From NCBI GenBank assembly GCA_964417645.1, contig CAYQIS010000002.1, positions 66,583-130,582 of the forward strand: a DNA stretch of 64,000 nucleotides, written 5' to 3'. Both the position numbers and the translations under genes were made by a program. Origin of the DNA: an uncultured Spirochaetia bacterium (GTDB lineage: Bacteria; Oederibacteriota; PGYV01). Under the pieces are notes generated by a model. The model saw nothing but the letters and a program-made list of their open reading frames with translations. It was not told the origin of the DNA and did no database searches. Positions 26,357 to 38,359 of the stretch are shown here, piece after piece. How positions within the stretch are numbered: the stretch's first letter is position 1; each line of letters begins with the position of its first letter.

Positions 26357-27532
26357 ATGGAAGTAAAAGACGGCATATTCACATCGGAATCTGTAACATG
26401 CGGGCATCCGGATAAGGTGGCGGACCAGATATCAGACGCGGTGCTTGATGAAATTTTAAGGCAGGATCCGGCTTCACGTGTTGCGTGCGAAACTTTGCTT
26501 GCAAAAGGCATAGTGGTTGTTGCCGGTGAAATTACCACAAAAGCGGTCCTTGATTTTCAGAAAATTGTCAGGGACACGCTTCACGAAATAGGATATCACA
26601 GCAAAGAAGACGGGATTGATCCCGATAACTGCAATATTCTTATATCAATAAGCAAGCAGTCTCCTGATATTTCAAGGGGGGTTACCAATGAAGGCGGTAA
26701 AAAAGGCTCAAAGGAAGAAGGCGCGGGAGACCAGGGAATGATGTTTGGCTATGCCACAAATGAAACAAAAGAACTTATGCCGTGGCCCATTACTTATGCA
26801 AACAAGCTTGTTGAGAGGCTTGAATATGTAAGGAAGAACAAGATAATAGCTTATTTAAGGCCTGACGGAAAATCTCAGGTATCGGTCAGGTATGAAAACG
26901 GCAAGCCAAAGGAAGTTTCCGCGGTTGTTATAAGCAATCAGCATGCGGAAATTGACATTAAAAAACTTCGTGCAGATATAAAAAAGCATGTTATAGATCC
27001 TGTCATTCCGAAAAATATGATAACCAAATATACAAAATTTCATATTAATCCAACCGGTAAATTTGTGGTGGGAGGACCTGAAGGAGACACAGGTTTAACC
27101 GGCAGAAAGATTATTGTTGACACCTACGGGGGAATGGGAAGGCACGGAGGCGGAGCATTTTCGGGAAAAGATCCGTCAAAGGTTGACCGTTCCGCGGCTT
27201 ATATGGCCAGATATGTTGCAAAAAATATAGTTGCGGCGGGACTTGCGGATAAGGCCGAAGTGCAGTTGAGCTATGCAATCGGCGTTGCGGAACCCACATC
27301 AGTGTTGGTTGAAACTTTCGGCACAAGCAGGATCCCCGAATCAAAAATAGAAGAAGCTGTTAAGAAAGTTTTTAAACTTACTCCAAAAGGTATACGCGAG
27401 ACATTGCAGCTTCGCCGCCCTATTTACAGAAAAACCGCGGCGCACGGTCATTTCGGCAGGAATGACAAAGATTTCACATGGGAAGCAACGGATAAAGCCG
27501 ATGAATTAAGGAAAGCCGTGGGATTGAAATAG
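26357..27532 (+). CDS. metK: S-adenosylmethionine synthetase
   Basis: '[19 protein letters not shown]', '[19 protein letters not shown]'. Confidence 0.95.
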   Translation: MEVKDGIFTSESVTCGHPDKVADQISDAVLDEILRQDPASRVACETLLAKGIVVVAGEITTKAVLDFQKIVRDTLHEIGYHSKEDGIDPDNCNILISISKQSPDISRGVTNEGGKKGSKEEGAGDQGMMFGYATNETKELMPWPITYANKLVERLEYVRKNKIIAYLRPDGKSQVSVRYENGKPKEVSAVVISNQHAEIDIKKLRADIKKHVIDPVIPKNMITKYTKFHINPTGKFVVGGPEGDTGLTGRKIIVDTYGGMGRHGGGAFSGKDPSKVDRSAAYMARYVAKNIVAAGLADKAEVQLSYAIGVAEPTSVLVETFGTSRIPESKIEEAVKKVFKLTPKGIRETLQLRRPIYRKTAAHGHFGRNDKDFTWEATDKADELRKAVGLK

Positions 27533-28822
<1,290 letters not shown>

Positions 28823-28910
28823 ACGTTAGCGACGTTTATACCGATGCATTATTAAGAATTTATGTGCACAGGCATGTTCGGCACAGTAAAGCAGTTCCTT
28901 TTTTGCTCAA

Positions 28911-28948
28911 AATAAAAAAGCCCGCTGAAAAGCGGGCGTTTTTATTTT
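28911..28948. terminator. Bidirectional rho-independent terminator between ahcY (+) and tRNA-Cys (-)
   Basis: A-run, stem GCCCGCT / AGCGGGC with GAAA loop, then T-run. Confidence 0.75.
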
Positions 28949-28949
28949 G

Positions 28950-29024
28950 TGGAGGTGGCGATCGGAATTGAACCGATGAATAAGAGTTTTGCAGACTCGT
29001 GCCTTACCACTTGGCTACGCCACC
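28950..29024 (-). tRNA. tRNA-Cys (GCA)
   Basis: Minus-strand read GGTGGCGTAGCCAAGTGGTAAGGCACGAGTCTGCAAAACTCTTATTCATCGGTTCAATTCCGATCGCCACCTCCA: 7-bp acceptor, GCA anticodon, T-loop GGTTCAATTCC, encoded CCA. Confidence 0.9.
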
Positions 29025-29082
29025 CCGTGGAAACACTTGGCTGATAATTTCAATTTAGCAAGCATAATTATATAAGGAAGAT

Positions 29083-29952
29083 ATGAATAATGCAACATCA
29101 AATGATTGTGTTATAATCATTTTTATGGAAAACAATTTTTTTAGCGCATTTATTTTGACCATTATTGCGGGACTGTCAACCGGTATTGGCGCCCTTGCAG
29201 TTTTTGTAATTAACAAACGAAATCCCAACCTTCTTTCTTTTGGTCTTGGTTTTTCGGCCGGTGTAATGGTTTATGTGTCTTTTATGGAACTGCTTCCGCA
29301 CGCCGGGTCAGTGCTTGAAAGCGTTTACGGGCACAAATCGGCATCGATGATAAGGATGGCATGTTTTTTCGGCGGAATAGCGCTTACTGCAATTATAGAC
29401 AAACTTATTCCTGAAGATGAGAACCCTCACGAGACAAGGACGGAAGAAGAGTTTAAAGACATTGAAAACAGATCCAAAAAGCACGCGCCAACGCTTGCCA
29501 GAACAGGGCTTTTTACGGCTCTTGCAATCGGCATACATAATTTTCCGGAAGGGTTTGCCGTATTTTCGGCCGGATACGCTGAACCCGCGCTTGGAGGCTT
29601 TATTGCTCTGGCTATAGCGCTTCATAATATCCCTGAAGGGATATCGGTTTCTGTTCCAATATATTATGCCACGGGAAACAGGATGAAAGCATTTCTTTAT
29701 TCTCTTATTTCAGGCCTTGCGGAACCTGCCGGCGCCTTAATCGGATTCGTCCTTTTAAAAAGTTTTATGAATGAGGTTTTTCTTGCGGGCACTTTTGCGG
29801 CAATAGCGGGCGTCATGCTTTATATTTCTTTTGATGAACTTCTTCCCACGGCAAGAAAATACGGTAAAGGTCATGCTGTTATCCTTGGGGTGGCTCTTGG
29901 CATGCTGCTGATGGCATTTGGACTTGATTTTATCGGGCATCAGCACGGATAA
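29083..29952 (+). CDS. zupT: ZIP-family zinc transporter ZupT
   Basis: 'GIHNFPEGFAVF', 'ALHNIPEGISVS' ZIP signatures, multiple TMs. Start uncertain (29083, or 29125 'MENNFF'). Confidence 0.8.
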   Translation: MNNATSNDCVIIIFMENNFFSAFILTIIAGLSTGIGALAVFVINKRNPNLLSFGLGFSAGVMVYVSFMELLPHAGSVLESVYGHKSASMIRMACFFGGIALTAIIDKLIPEDENPHETRTEEEFKDIENRSKKHAPTLARTGLFTALAIGIHNFPEGFAVFSAGYAEPALGGFIALAIALHNIPEGISVSVPIYYATGNRMKAFLYSLISGLAEPAGALIGFVLLKSFMNEVFLAGTFAAIAGVMLYISFDELLPTARKYGKGHAVILGVALGMLLMAFGLDFIGHQHG

Positions 29953-29982
29953 AGAAAGTCATCTTTTTCTGTAAAAAAAAAC

Positions 29983-30010
29983 TTGCCATAAAAAATTTTT
30001 TCTGTATAAT
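29983..30010 (+). promoter_or_regulatory. Sigma-70-like promoter (TTGCCA-16-TATAAT) for the TPR gene
   Basis: TTGCCA 29983-29988, TATAAT 30005-30010. Confidence 0.45.
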
Positions 30011-30090
30011 TATCCAAACTTAGAGGGGTTACGGGCATTCCTTTTTTAAATCACCCGGGCCTTATGCATTTTACCTTTAGAGGGGGTTAT

Positions 30091-31695
30091 ATGCGTTATT
30101 GGTCTGTTGTGTTTTTGCTTGTTTTTTTCAGAGGGGTTTTTGGGCAAAGCGGCTTTTATTGTTCTCCGGGGATTTCGTTTTGTTATCCTGTGCTTGAGAG
30201 CTATAACAGTTCCGTGCGCGCGTCCAACGGCATTAACAAAGGATATGGAATCTTGGGAAGCCTTAAACAAATGCCGTTTGCATTAAACCCGGAACTGGAG
30301 GCAGGCATGGGGCTTCGGGTGGACCCTTACATCTCTTCAATTAACATTAAGGCAGGGATTATCAGCGCATATTCCGGAGTGTCAAGCGCACGATGGCCTT
30401 CCGGTCAATTGGCCCAGGAAATAGAAAGCAATTTATCCGCATTTAATTTTTCGCTGGGGATAAAACGGTTTGGAGAACCGTTTATGGAAATGTTCAGGTC
30501 ATATTTTGGGGTTGATGCGGGCGGTATTGTTCCTGTTTCGCCGTTTATTAAAGAAAAAATTTATGAAGATACAGGCGAATTAAAATATGACACCCGCAAG
30601 GAATGGGAAGGTATTATCCCGTTAATTTCGGCTGAAACGGGTATTGAAGCCCGTTTTAACCAGGGATTTGCGGTTTCTTTGCGTTTGGGTTACAGGTATG
30701 CCAGGGGCCAGGTTGGTATTGAAATTAATGACAGGGTTTCAGGAATATCATACAAAAAACCGGATATGCTGGATTATTCCGGCGCATTTGCCACATTACA
30801 GTTTGTAATCGGAAATTTTCAGACAGATGAAGCGGGAATTTTTGAAAGCGGCAATTACGAGTATCAGGCGCTTGCCGACAATTCGTTCAATGAAGCGGTT
30901 TCTTTGTTTAACAGGGGGCTTTTTTCCGCAGCAAAAATGCGTTTTCAAGAATGCCTTAAAGTTGCGCCTGACAATGCCGGTATTAAGGACTATCTTCACA
31001 GAATAAATTTGATAACAAATCCGGGAGGCGCTGCCGTGAACACGCAGCAGCTTCTAAAAGAAGCGTGTGCTTTGGAAGAACAAGGGAAAAACAGCGAGGC
31101 ATATTTTAAATATCAGGAAATAATAAGGTACGAGCCTTTTAATGAACAGGCAAAAACAAGAATTTATTCTCTTACCCAAAGCGCCAAAGTTTTTTATGAA
31201 AAGGCGCTTGATTTCAAAGAAAAGGGCGAAATAAAAAAAGCCGTAAAAGAGCTTAAAAAAGCCTGTGAGTTTCACCCTGATAACGGGGTATATTCCGGAT
31301 ATTTAAACGAAATATGCAAAAGGGAGGAAAACAGAAAAAAAGCTGACAGCCTATATGATGAAGGGGTTGACAGTTTTAAGGCAGAGGATTTTGCTCTTGC
31401 TTTAAAACTGTGGCAGGAAGCGGAAGTCTTAATGCCGGAAGACAATCAAATAAAAAAGGCGGTTGAAAAAGCCAAAGAAAAGCTTGAACAAAGAAAAGAA
31501 ATGAAAAAACAGGAGGCAGTCAGGGTGCTTAAGGAAGCGGCTGAACTTAACGCGCAGGGAAAACTTGAAGAAGCAAAAGCGGCATACGAGCATGTTTTAA
31601 GGCTTGACCCCGGATGCAAAGAAGCCGCTGAATATTTAAAAAGCCAAATAAATCAGGATTTGGAAAAAGAGGATTTTCTTAAAAAAAGGAATTAA
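30091..31695 (+). CDS. Secreted protein with N-terminal beta-rich domain and C-terminal TPR repeats
   Basis: RBS 'GAGGGGG' before ATG 30091, signal peptide 'MRYWSVVFLLVFFRGVFG'. The C-terminal half has TPR-like repeats. The ORF is open from 30064. Confidence 0.6.
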   Translation: MRYWSVVFLLVFFRGVFGQSGFYCSPGISFCYPVLESYNSSVRASNGINKGYGILGSLKQMPFALNPELEAGMGLRVDPYISSINIKAGIISAYSGVSSARWPSGQLAQEIESNLSAFNFSLGIKRFGEPFMEMFRSYFGVDAGGIVPVSPFIKEKIYEDTGELKYDTRKEWEGIIPLISAETGIEARFNQGFAVSLRLGYRYARGQVGIEINDRVSGISYKKPDMLDYSGAFATLQFVIGNFQTDEAGIFESGNYEYQALADNSFNEAVSLFNRGLFSAAKMRFQECLKVAPDNAGIKDYLHRINLITNPGGAAVNTQQLLKEACALEEQGKNSEAYFKYQEIIRYEPFNEQAKTRIYSLTQSAKVFYEKALDFKEKGEIKKAVKELKKACEFHPDNGVYSGYLNEICKREENRKKADSLYDEGVDSFKAEDFALALKLWQEAEVLMPEDNQIKKAVEKAKEKLEQRKEMKKQEAVRVLKEAAELNAQGKLEEAKAAYEHVLRLDPGCKEAAEYLKSQINQDLEKEDFLKKRN

Positions 31696-31710
31696 AAAAC
31701 GGAGGGTGTA

Positions 31711-32418
31711 ATGAAGAATGCAATTATATTAATTGTTTTTGTTGTTGTAATTGGTTCGTGTACCGGGAAAACAGGCCCTGCCGGAGCAACGGGTTTAACA
31801 GGTCCTGCTGGAAGCCCGGGCAGTTACAGCATATTTTTTCAGCAGGGCATATCCCCGTACTACGGTTATGATGGATGTGCGGATACTTGTATTAATCAAT
31901 ATGTGCCGGATGCTAATTATGGAGGGGATAGCAATATATATGCAGGATATAATCACGATATAAGAACATTGTTGAAATTTGATGTGAGTTATTTAAAACC
32001 AACAAATTTGATTATTGAGGCGGCATATATAATACTTGAAGTAACAACTATTTATACACAAGGGGTTAACATAGAGGCATATAAAGTGACATCGCCATGG
32101 GATGAAGGTACAGGCATAGGAGGGATAACTAATGATGGTGCGACATGGATAAGCAGGACAGCAACAGCAATGTGGAATAATCCCGGAGGGGATTATGACA
32201 TAACAACAGGCGGAGGGAAAGTACAGCTTCCTTTTGGATCAAAACAGATTTGCGTGCCTGTTAAGGCATCAATAATACAGGAATGGCTGAATAATCCGGA
32301 ATCAAACTATGGAATAATTATTAAGTACGAACAGGGAAGAGTCCATTATTACAGCCGCAGTTACAGTGACAATATGAAAAGGCCAAGGCTTGCGGTGTAT
32401 TACAGGATGCCGAATTAG
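31711..32418 (+). CDS. Lipoprotein with collagen-like G-X-Y repeat and DNRLRE-like C-terminal domain
   Basis: Lipobox 'VIGSC'; 'GKTGPAGATGLTGPAGSPG'; C-terminal 'NYGIIIKYEQ...YYSRSYSDNMKRPRLAVYY'. Confidence 0.5.
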   Translation: MKNAIILIVFVVVIGSCTGKTGPAGATGLTGPAGSPGSYSIFFQQGISPYYGYDGCADTCINQYVPDANYGGDSNIYAGYNHDIRTLLKFDVSYLKPTNLIIEAAYIILEVTTIYTQGVNIEAYKVTSPWDEGTGIGGITNDGATWISRTATAMWNNPGGDYDITTGGGKVQLPFGSKQICVPVKASIIQEWLNNPESNYGIIIKYEQGRVHYYSRSYSDNMKRPRLAVYYRMPN

Positions 32419-32451
32419 AGAAGTATAAATAAACCATAGAGGGGTAATGGA

Positions 32452-33684
32452 ATGAAAAATTTTTTTTGTATTTTTTTGTTGTGCCTGATTTTATTTGTTT
32501 CTTGCAGTCAAAAAGGCGCAACAGGAGTAATAGGCTCAAGTTTAATTTTGCCGACACATACGCCCACACAAACTCCTGCGGTTAATTTTGTGGTAAATAT
32601 TCATGCGAACAATATTCCTTTTGAGGATGTTAATCTGCTGATGACACATGTACAAACAGGAATTACTTTAAGCGCAAAAACCTACAAATCCGGGCTTGGT
32701 GAGTTTTTGCTGAATTACAGCGGCAAATGGAAGCTGGATATAGCGGGTGTAAAAGGTTTTGACCCGGCGTCTTTTATTGTGGAGCCTGAAAAAAACAATT
32801 TTTTTAAAGTTGATTACGGAACACCCTGGATTGAGTTAAAAGTATTGTCAGGAAACATTAAAATTCCGCTGAAAGAAAGTAAAATACAGCTTGAAGCAAT
32901 TTATCATACAAAAATGAGTAAACCCGGAGATTTAAGCATTAATCTGCCAGAAGGAATTAAGGCAGAGCCAAGCACTGCTTCGGTAAGGGCCGATAATGAC
33001 AGGGTTACATATACTATTACAATAAAGAAAAGTTTTGAGAACTACAGCAAGCCAAATGGTGAACAGGATATTATGGTTAATTGCTCTTATAATATTAATG
33101 AAAGCATCATATCCAACCCTATAACAATAATCAAAAATTGGAGTTTTATAGTTACCGGAGATTATATGTTTGCGGCGGTTTATGATTATCCTGATAACGG
33201 ACATCATACAAGTTATTATGCACAAATAAGGAATTTATACTGTTCAACATCAGGAGACGGGCTTTTAAAAGGAAAAGTAAAGGCATCTTATGTTTCGGCT
33301 TCGCATTGGGGAAACGCGCATATAACAGTTATTGAACCAAATAATTGTCTGCCGGGGTTTACAAATTACGGCTGCTTTGAAGTTGGGGCAAAGTTAAAAA
33401 CTGATTTTGGATGGAGTTATGCATCGGGTAATTATGAAAATAACGGTTCGCTTACGGTAAGGTTTACTGATGACGGGGATCTTGATGTTGAAAGGACTTT
33501 TTTAACAAATAACGGGTGGGGTGAAACATGTTCCTGGTATTGCTGCATTTATACGGGAGTGCCTTTTAATCAATATTTTACCTGCGGAACAGTACCGCCG
33601 GGCGGAGCGTGTCAGCTGGGAATGCATTTTGAGCCAAATTCCATATGGAGATGCAGAGTTGAGCGAATAACAATTAATAAATAA
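32452..33684 (+). CDS. Hypothetical lipoprotein with Cys-rich C-terminal region
   Basis: Lipobox 'LFVSCS'; 8 Cys within the last 100 aa. Confidence 0.55.
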   Translation: MKNFFCIFLLCLILFVSCSQKGATGVIGSSLILPTHTPTQTPAVNFVVNIHANNIPFEDVNLLMTHVQTGITLSAKTYKSGLGEFLLNYSGKWKLDIAGVKGFDPASFIVEPEKNNFFKVDYGTPWIELKVLSGNIKIPLKESKIQLEAIYHTKMSKPGDLSINLPEGIKAEPSTASVRADNDRVTYTITIKKSFENYSKPNGEQDIMVNCSYNINESIISNPITIIKNWSFIVTGDYMFAAVYDYPDNGHHTSYYAQIRNLYCSTSGDGLLKGKVKASYVSASHWGNAHITVIEPNNCLPGFTNYGCFEVGAKLKTDFGWSYASGNYENNGSLTVRFTDDGDLDVERTFLTNNGWGETCSWYCCIYTGVPFNQYFTCGTVPPGGACQLGMHFEPNSIWRCRVERITINK

Positions 33685-33896
33685 ATTACTTAATTTTTTT
33701 GTCACAAACGTAATATTTTAATTAACATCGGAACTTTAAAGAAAAATATTTTGTAAGAAATCCGCATAAAATTTTTCCTGTTGTTATCCTGTATTGACAC
33801 AATACATCATTCCTGCTATTTTATTATGCGAAACAGCTGAAAGTCTGAAAACATGTAAAACAATCACCTTTATGCTGCGGCAAGGAGGTATATTTT

Positions 33897-34496
33897 ATGG
33901 CAGATGAAACAAAACAGGAAGAATTAAAAAAGGAAGAAAAAACAGATAATAATAAAGAAGAGCAAAAAGAAGAATCAGCCGTTAAAGACGAATTGACAAA
34001 GCTTAAAGAGCAGCTTGCGGATATAAATGACAAATATCTCAGAGCATTAGCGGAGATGGATAATCTGCGAAAAAGAACAGCGCGCGAAAAAGAAGAATTT
34101 ATGAAATATGCAAAGGCTGAAATCGCGCGTGAATTTCTTCCCATATATGACAATTTGGAAAGAGCGTCAGCCACAGCCTCGAAAACCAATGATTTTAAAG
34201 CTTTAAAAGAAGGCGTTGATATGGTTGTAAAACAATTTATGGGAATAATAGAAAAAATGGGCATGACGCCTGTTGAAGAAGAAGGGCACTTTGACCCTGA
34301 AAAACATTTTGTTGTTCATAAGGAAGAACATCCGGAAAAAGAAGAAGGACACATAATAGAGACATATCAAAAAGGTTATATGATGGACGGGAGGGTGGTA
34401 AGACACGCCATGGTTAAAGTGGCTGCAGGACCAAAGTCAAAAAAGCAGTCGGAATCAGAGGAAGATAAGAACAAAACAAACGGCGGGGATAAATAA
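33897..34496 (+). CDS. grpE: Nucleotide exchange factor GrpE
   Basis: '[21 protein letters not shown]...', 'PEKH' C-terminal motif. Confidence 0.9.
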   Translation: MADETKQEELKKEEKTDNNKEEQKEESAVKDELTKLKEQLADINDKYLRALAEMDNLRKRTAREKEEFMKYAKAEIAREFLPIYDNLERASATASKTNDFKALKEGVDMVVKQFMGIIEKMGMTPVEEEGHFDPEKHFVVHKEEHPEKEEGHIIETYQKGYMMDGRVVRHAMVKVAAGPKSKKQSESEEDKNKTNGGDK

Positions 34497-35650
34497 TGTC
34501 AGAACAGAAAGATCTTTATGAAATATTGGGAGTTTCAAGAAATGCGGGAGAAGAAGAAATAAAAAGCGCGTTCAGGACGCTTGCAAAAAAATATCATCCC
34601 GACATCTATCAGGGCGATAAAAAAGAAGCCGAAGAAAAGTTCAAAGAAATCGGCATGGCTTATAAAATTTTGTCAGATCCTGAAACCCGCAGAAGATATG
34701 ATCAGTTTGGCATGGCCGGCATTAAAGGCGGAGGATCACAGGGTTATGGAGGTTTCGGGGGATTCACCGCTGATTTTGATATGGGAGACATATTCGGGGA
34801 CTTGTTTGGGGATTTTTTTGGATTTGAAACGGGAAGAAGCAGAGGAAGAGGGAAGTCAGGTCGCATGGACGGGTCAGACATCCAGCATGTTGTGACCCTT
34901 GACTTTATGGAAGCCGCTCTTGGAAAAAAGATATCCGTTGAAATAAGCAGGAAAGAGCCTTGTGATACATGCAAAGGCAGCGGGGTTAAGCCCGGAACAT
35001 CAAAAAAAACCTGCCAGACATGCGGCGGGCAGGGAAGGGTAAGGCAGACACAGGGATTTTTCAGCATGGTTACAACCTGCCCCAATTGCAGGGGGGAAGG
35101 CGAAGTGGCGGAAGCTCTTTGTCCTGAATGCGGAGGAAAAAGACTTAAACCAAAATCAAGAAAAATAGAAGTAAACATACCTGCCGGAATAACTGATAAT
35201 GCCGCCTTGAAACTTTCGGGAGAGGGTAATTCGGGATTAAACGGCGGCTACAGCGGAGATCTTTATTTGATAGTGCATGTAAAGGAGCATGAACTTTTTA
35301 GAAGGGAAGAAAATGATATAGTTATTGAAATTCCTGTAACTGTTACGCAGGCAGTACTTGGAGATGAGATAGAAATCCCAACTGTTAACGGAACTGAAAA
35401 AATAAAAATTCATGCAGGCACTCAAAATAATGAAGTGATTACAATTAAAGGCAAAGGGTTGCCTTCAATGGACAAGCGCGGCAGAGGAGATATGCATGTT
35501 GTTATTAATGTGGAAATACCCACGGCCGTTAATTCAAAGTTGAAAGACCTGTATAAAAGTGTTAAACTTGCTGAAACACAGGATAATTACCCAAAAACAA
35601 AATCCATGAACAGAAAAATAAAAAAATATCTTGGAAAACAGGAGGAATAA
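34496..35650 (+). CDS. dnaJ: Molecular chaperone DnaJ
   Basis: J domain 'DLYEILGV...YHPD', G/F region, four CxxCxGxG zinc-finger repeats. Confidence 0.95.
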   Translation: MSEQKDLYEILGVSRNAGEEEIKSAFRTLAKKYHPDIYQGDKKEAEEKFKEIGMAYKILSDPETRRRYDQFGMAGIKGGGSQGYGGFGGFTADFDMGDIFGDLFGDFFGFETGRSRGRGKSGRMDGSDIQHVVTLDFMEAALGKKISVEISRKEPCDTCKGSGVKPGTSKKTCQTCGGQGRVRQTQGFFSMVTTCPNCRGEGEVAEALCPECGGKRLKPKSRKIEVNIPAGITDNAALKLSGEGNSGLNGGYSGDLYLIVHVKEHELFRREENDIVIEIPVTVTQAVLGDEIEIPTVNGTEKIKIHAGTQNNEVITIKGKGLPSMDKRGRGDMHVVINVEIPTAVNSKLKDLYKSVKLAETQDNYPKTKSMNRKIKKYLGKQEE

Positions 35651-36961
35651 ATGGGTGCAGATGAAAAGTTCGACCTGATTGTTGTGGGCGGAGGCCCCGC
35701 GGGCTTGACAGCCGCTTATGTTGCGGCCAAAGCCGGACTTCAGGTTGTGGTGCTTGAACGCGGCGAATATTGCGGCAGCAAAAATGTTTTTGGCGGAATA
35801 TTTTTTACAAATGTATTAAGGGAACTTATACCGGATTTTGAAAAGGATGCCCCTCTTGAAAGAGTTGTTACCAAAAGGCGCTGGTCGCTTTTGACGCCTG
35901 ACGGTGAAATTGGCGGAGGATTTAAATTCAGCAAGTTTAAAGAGCAGCCTCACAATAACAGCTATACAGTGCTTCGTGCGAAATTTGACAAATGGCTTTC
36001 TGAAAAGGCCGAAGAAGCGGGAGCCATGGTGCTTACGGGCTGTACGGTGGATGACTTTTTAAGGGATGAAAAAGGAAAAATAAAAGGCGTTAAGGCCAGA
36101 ATGGAAGACGGAGACATATACGGGGACTGCATAATACTTGCAGACGGCGTTAATTCGCTGCTTGCAAAGAAACTTGGAATGCATGAAGAACTGGGAGCAA
36201 ATTATACAATAGTTGGGGTAAAGGAAATAATTGAATTTCCGGAAGAAAAGATACAAGACCGTTTTGGTTTGGACGGAAACGAAGGCGTTGCATATGAGTA
36301 CTTTGGCTATGCCGCAAAAGGCGCAATCGGCTCCGGGTTTATTTACACAAACAAAAATACAATTTCGGTGGGAGTCGGAGGCACAATAGAATCGCTTCTT
36401 AAAAATAAACTCAATCCCAATGATCATTTGGAATGGTTTAAAAATCACCCTGCCATAAAGCCTCTTGTACAGGGGGGAGAACAGAGAGAATACAGCGCGC
36501 ATCTTATACCTGACGGCGGATACAAAAAAATATCAAAGCTTTATCAGGACAACATAATGGTTGCTGGTGATGCGGCGGGTTTTGTTAATGCTTCGCTTTT
36601 CCACGAAGGCACAAATCTTGCGATGATGGCGGGAAAACTTGCGGGCGAAACCGCGGTTAAAGCAAAGGAAAAAAATGATTTCTCGGCAAAAATGCTTTCG
36701 GAATACGAAAAGGCGCTTAACAACAGTTTTGTAATAAAAGACCTTAAAAAGTTCAAGGAGCTTGGTCATACTCTTGAAACAACACCGCAGCTTTTCAAAA
36801 AGTATCCCGAGATAATGGAAGAATTTGTACGTGATATGTTTACGGTTGACGGAGAGCCAAAAAGCGACAAACAAAAACGTCTTATAGCAAGATTGTTAAA
36901 AAAGGAAAACCCGATTGGATTTGCCGTGACGGGATTAAAAGCAAGGAGGGTGATACTGTGA
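35651..36961 (+). CDS. fixC: Electron-transfer-flavoprotein:quinone oxidoreductase FixC
   Basis: 'FDLIVVGGGPAGLTAAYVAAKAG' FAD motif; FixC/ETF-QO length and pattern. Confidence 0.8.
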   Translation: MGADEKFDLIVVGGGPAGLTAAYVAAKAGLQVVVLERGEYCGSKNVFGGIFFTNVLRELIPDFEKDAPLERVVTKRRWSLLTPDGEIGGGFKFSKFKEQPHNNSYTVLRAKFDKWLSEKAEEAGAMVLTGCTVDDFLRDEKGKIKGVKARMEDGDIYGDCIILADGVNSLLAKKLGMHEELGANYTIVGVKEIIEFPEEKIQDRFGLDGNEGVAYEYFGYAAKGAIGSGFIYTNKNTISVGVGGTIESLLKNKLNPNDHLEWFKNHPAIKPLVQGGEQREYSAHLIPDGGYKKISKLYQDNIMVAGDAAGFVNASLFHEGTNLAMMAGKLAGETAVKAKEKNDFSAKMLSEYEKALNNSFVIKDLKKFKELGHTLETTPQLFKKYPEIMEEFVRDMFTVDGEPKSDKQKRLIARLLKKENPIGFAVTGLKARRVIL

Positions 36962-37251
36962 GCAAATTTACTTCAATGGAAGACAAGCTGGGGCTTAATA
37001 AATATGTATTGTTTCATCATACTCACCTTAAGATAAAAGAAGGATATAAAACCGGAGAGGCGGCAAAAAAACTTGTTGAAGAAAAACTTTTTATCTGTCC
37101 GGCAAAAGTTTACACTTTAAGCGAAAAACAGGAAGTTGTTGTGTCTTTTGAAAATTGTCTTGAATGCGGCACGTGCAGGGTTGCGGCTCCTGATGCTGTT
37201 GAGTGGGAATATCCCCAGGGCGGACACGGCGTGGTATTCAGATTTGGATAA
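36958..37251 (+). CDS. fixX: Ferredoxin-like protein FixX
   Basis: 97 aa, 'CLECGTCRVAAP' motif; overlaps the fixC stop. Confidence 0.8.
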   Translation: MSKFTSMEDKLGLNKYVLFHHTHLKIKEGYKTGEAAKKLVEEKLFICPAKVYTLSEKQEVVVSFENCLECGTCRVAAPDAVEWEYPQGGHGVVFRFG

Positions 37252-37258
37252 GCGACAA

Positions 37259-37290
37259 AGCGCCCCTTTTAAGGGGCGCTTTTTTATTTT
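37259..37290 (+). terminator. Rho-independent terminator after fixX
   Basis: Stem AGCGCCCC / GGGGCGCT, then TTTTTATTTT. Confidence 0.7.
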
Positions 37291-38097
37291 ATGAAAAAAA
37301 ACAATTCAAAAAAAGTAATCATATTTGATGTTGGAAATTCAAATATTACCGCGGGTGTATTTGGGGGTGTTTCGGAAAAGCTGCTTTTTGATTTTCGATT
37401 AAGAACAAATATTAATTATACCGAAGACCAGCATTATACCCATGTTCATCAGCTTCTTTCTATAAACGGTGTTGATAAATCGGAAATATGCGGAGCTTTT
37501 GTTGGAAGTGTTGTTCCGGCTGTAACGCCAAATTTCACCGCAATGCTGGTTAAATATTTCGGGATTAAGCCGATTACAATAAAACATGGTATAAAGATGA
37601 ATGTTAAAAATCTTTATAAAAATAAATCGGAAGTCGGCGATGACAGGCTGGCAAATGCCTGCGCCGCGGCAAAATATTTTCCGAAAAAGGACGTAATTGT
37701 TATAGATCTTGGAACCTCAATAAATTTTGACGCTGTAAGCGGAAAAGGAGAATTTCTTGGAGGCGCGATAATGCCCGGTATAAACATGTCTTTAAGGGCG
37801 CTTTTTGAAAGAACCGCAAAACTTCCACAGATTAATCTTGTTTATGAAAAACGGGGTATTGGAAAAACAACGGAAGAGAGCATAAGTTCAGGGGTTTTAA
37901 ACGGAATAATAGGGGGAATAAACAGGACTGTTGCCATGATAAAAAAAGACATGAAAGCAAGAAATCCTGTTTTGGTTTTTACAGGCGGAGAAGTGCATCC
38001 TTATATAATTGACAGTATGGAAGAAAGAAAAATTATTAAGGACAGGGATTTTACATTGAAAGGTTTTAAGGTAATTTATGATATGAACTGCAAGTGA
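37291..38097 (+). CDS. coaX: Type III pantothenate kinase
   Basis: 'IIFDVGNSNI', 'VIDLGTSINFDAV', 'GGAIMPG' CoaX motifs. Confidence 0.9.
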   Translation: MKKNNSKKVIIFDVGNSNITAGVFGGVSEKLLFDFRLRTNINYTEDQHYTHVHQLLSINGVDKSEICGAFVGSVVPAVTPNFTAMLVKYFGIKPITIKHGIKMNVKNLYKNKSEVGDDRLANACAAAKYFPKKDVIVIDLGTSINFDAVSGKGEFLGGAIMPGINMSLRALFERTAKLPQINLVYEKRGIGKTTEESISSGVLNGIIGGINRTVAMIKKDMKARNPVLVFTGGEVHPYIIDSMEERKIIKDRDFTLKGFKVIYDMNCK

Positions 38098-38324
38098 ACC
38101 TATGGACAAAGCAAATAAGAAACTATATACAATAAAAAGACCGTCTCATCCTGATACCGCACAGACCAAGTCCAAGCGTTTTTTTAAAAAAAAGGGAAGA
38201 AAACGGGTAAGGGCCTATCTTAAAAAACAGCTCATTCAAAGCGAAGAATGAATTAATTGCATTTTATCAAACAATTGCCTTATTTTTCGTCGATTAATTT
38301 ATGTTTTTTGTCAGGTTTAAATAA

Positions 38325-38353
38325 TTGACTTCAAAAAATCTTTTTGGTATAAA
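38325..38353 (+). promoter_or_regulatory. Sigma-70-like promoter (TTGACT-17-TATAAA) driving the candidate sRNA
   Basis: TTGACT 38325-38330, TATAAA 38348-38353. Confidence 0.45.
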
Positions 38354-38359
38354 TTAATT

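Noticed and set aside
33685-33896. CIRCE (HrcA) element upstream of grpE-dnaJ
   Set aside because: No TTAGCACTC-N9-GAGTGCTAA-like inverted repeat present; only a TTGACA-17-TATTTT sigma-70-like promoter.
38102-38251. 49-aa highly basic ORF right after coaX (MDKANKKLYTIKRPSHPDTAQTKSKRFFKKKGRKRVRAYLKKQ...)
   Set aside because: No convincing RBS and no match I can recall to L34/L36/S21-type small ribosomal proteins. Kept only as a possibility.
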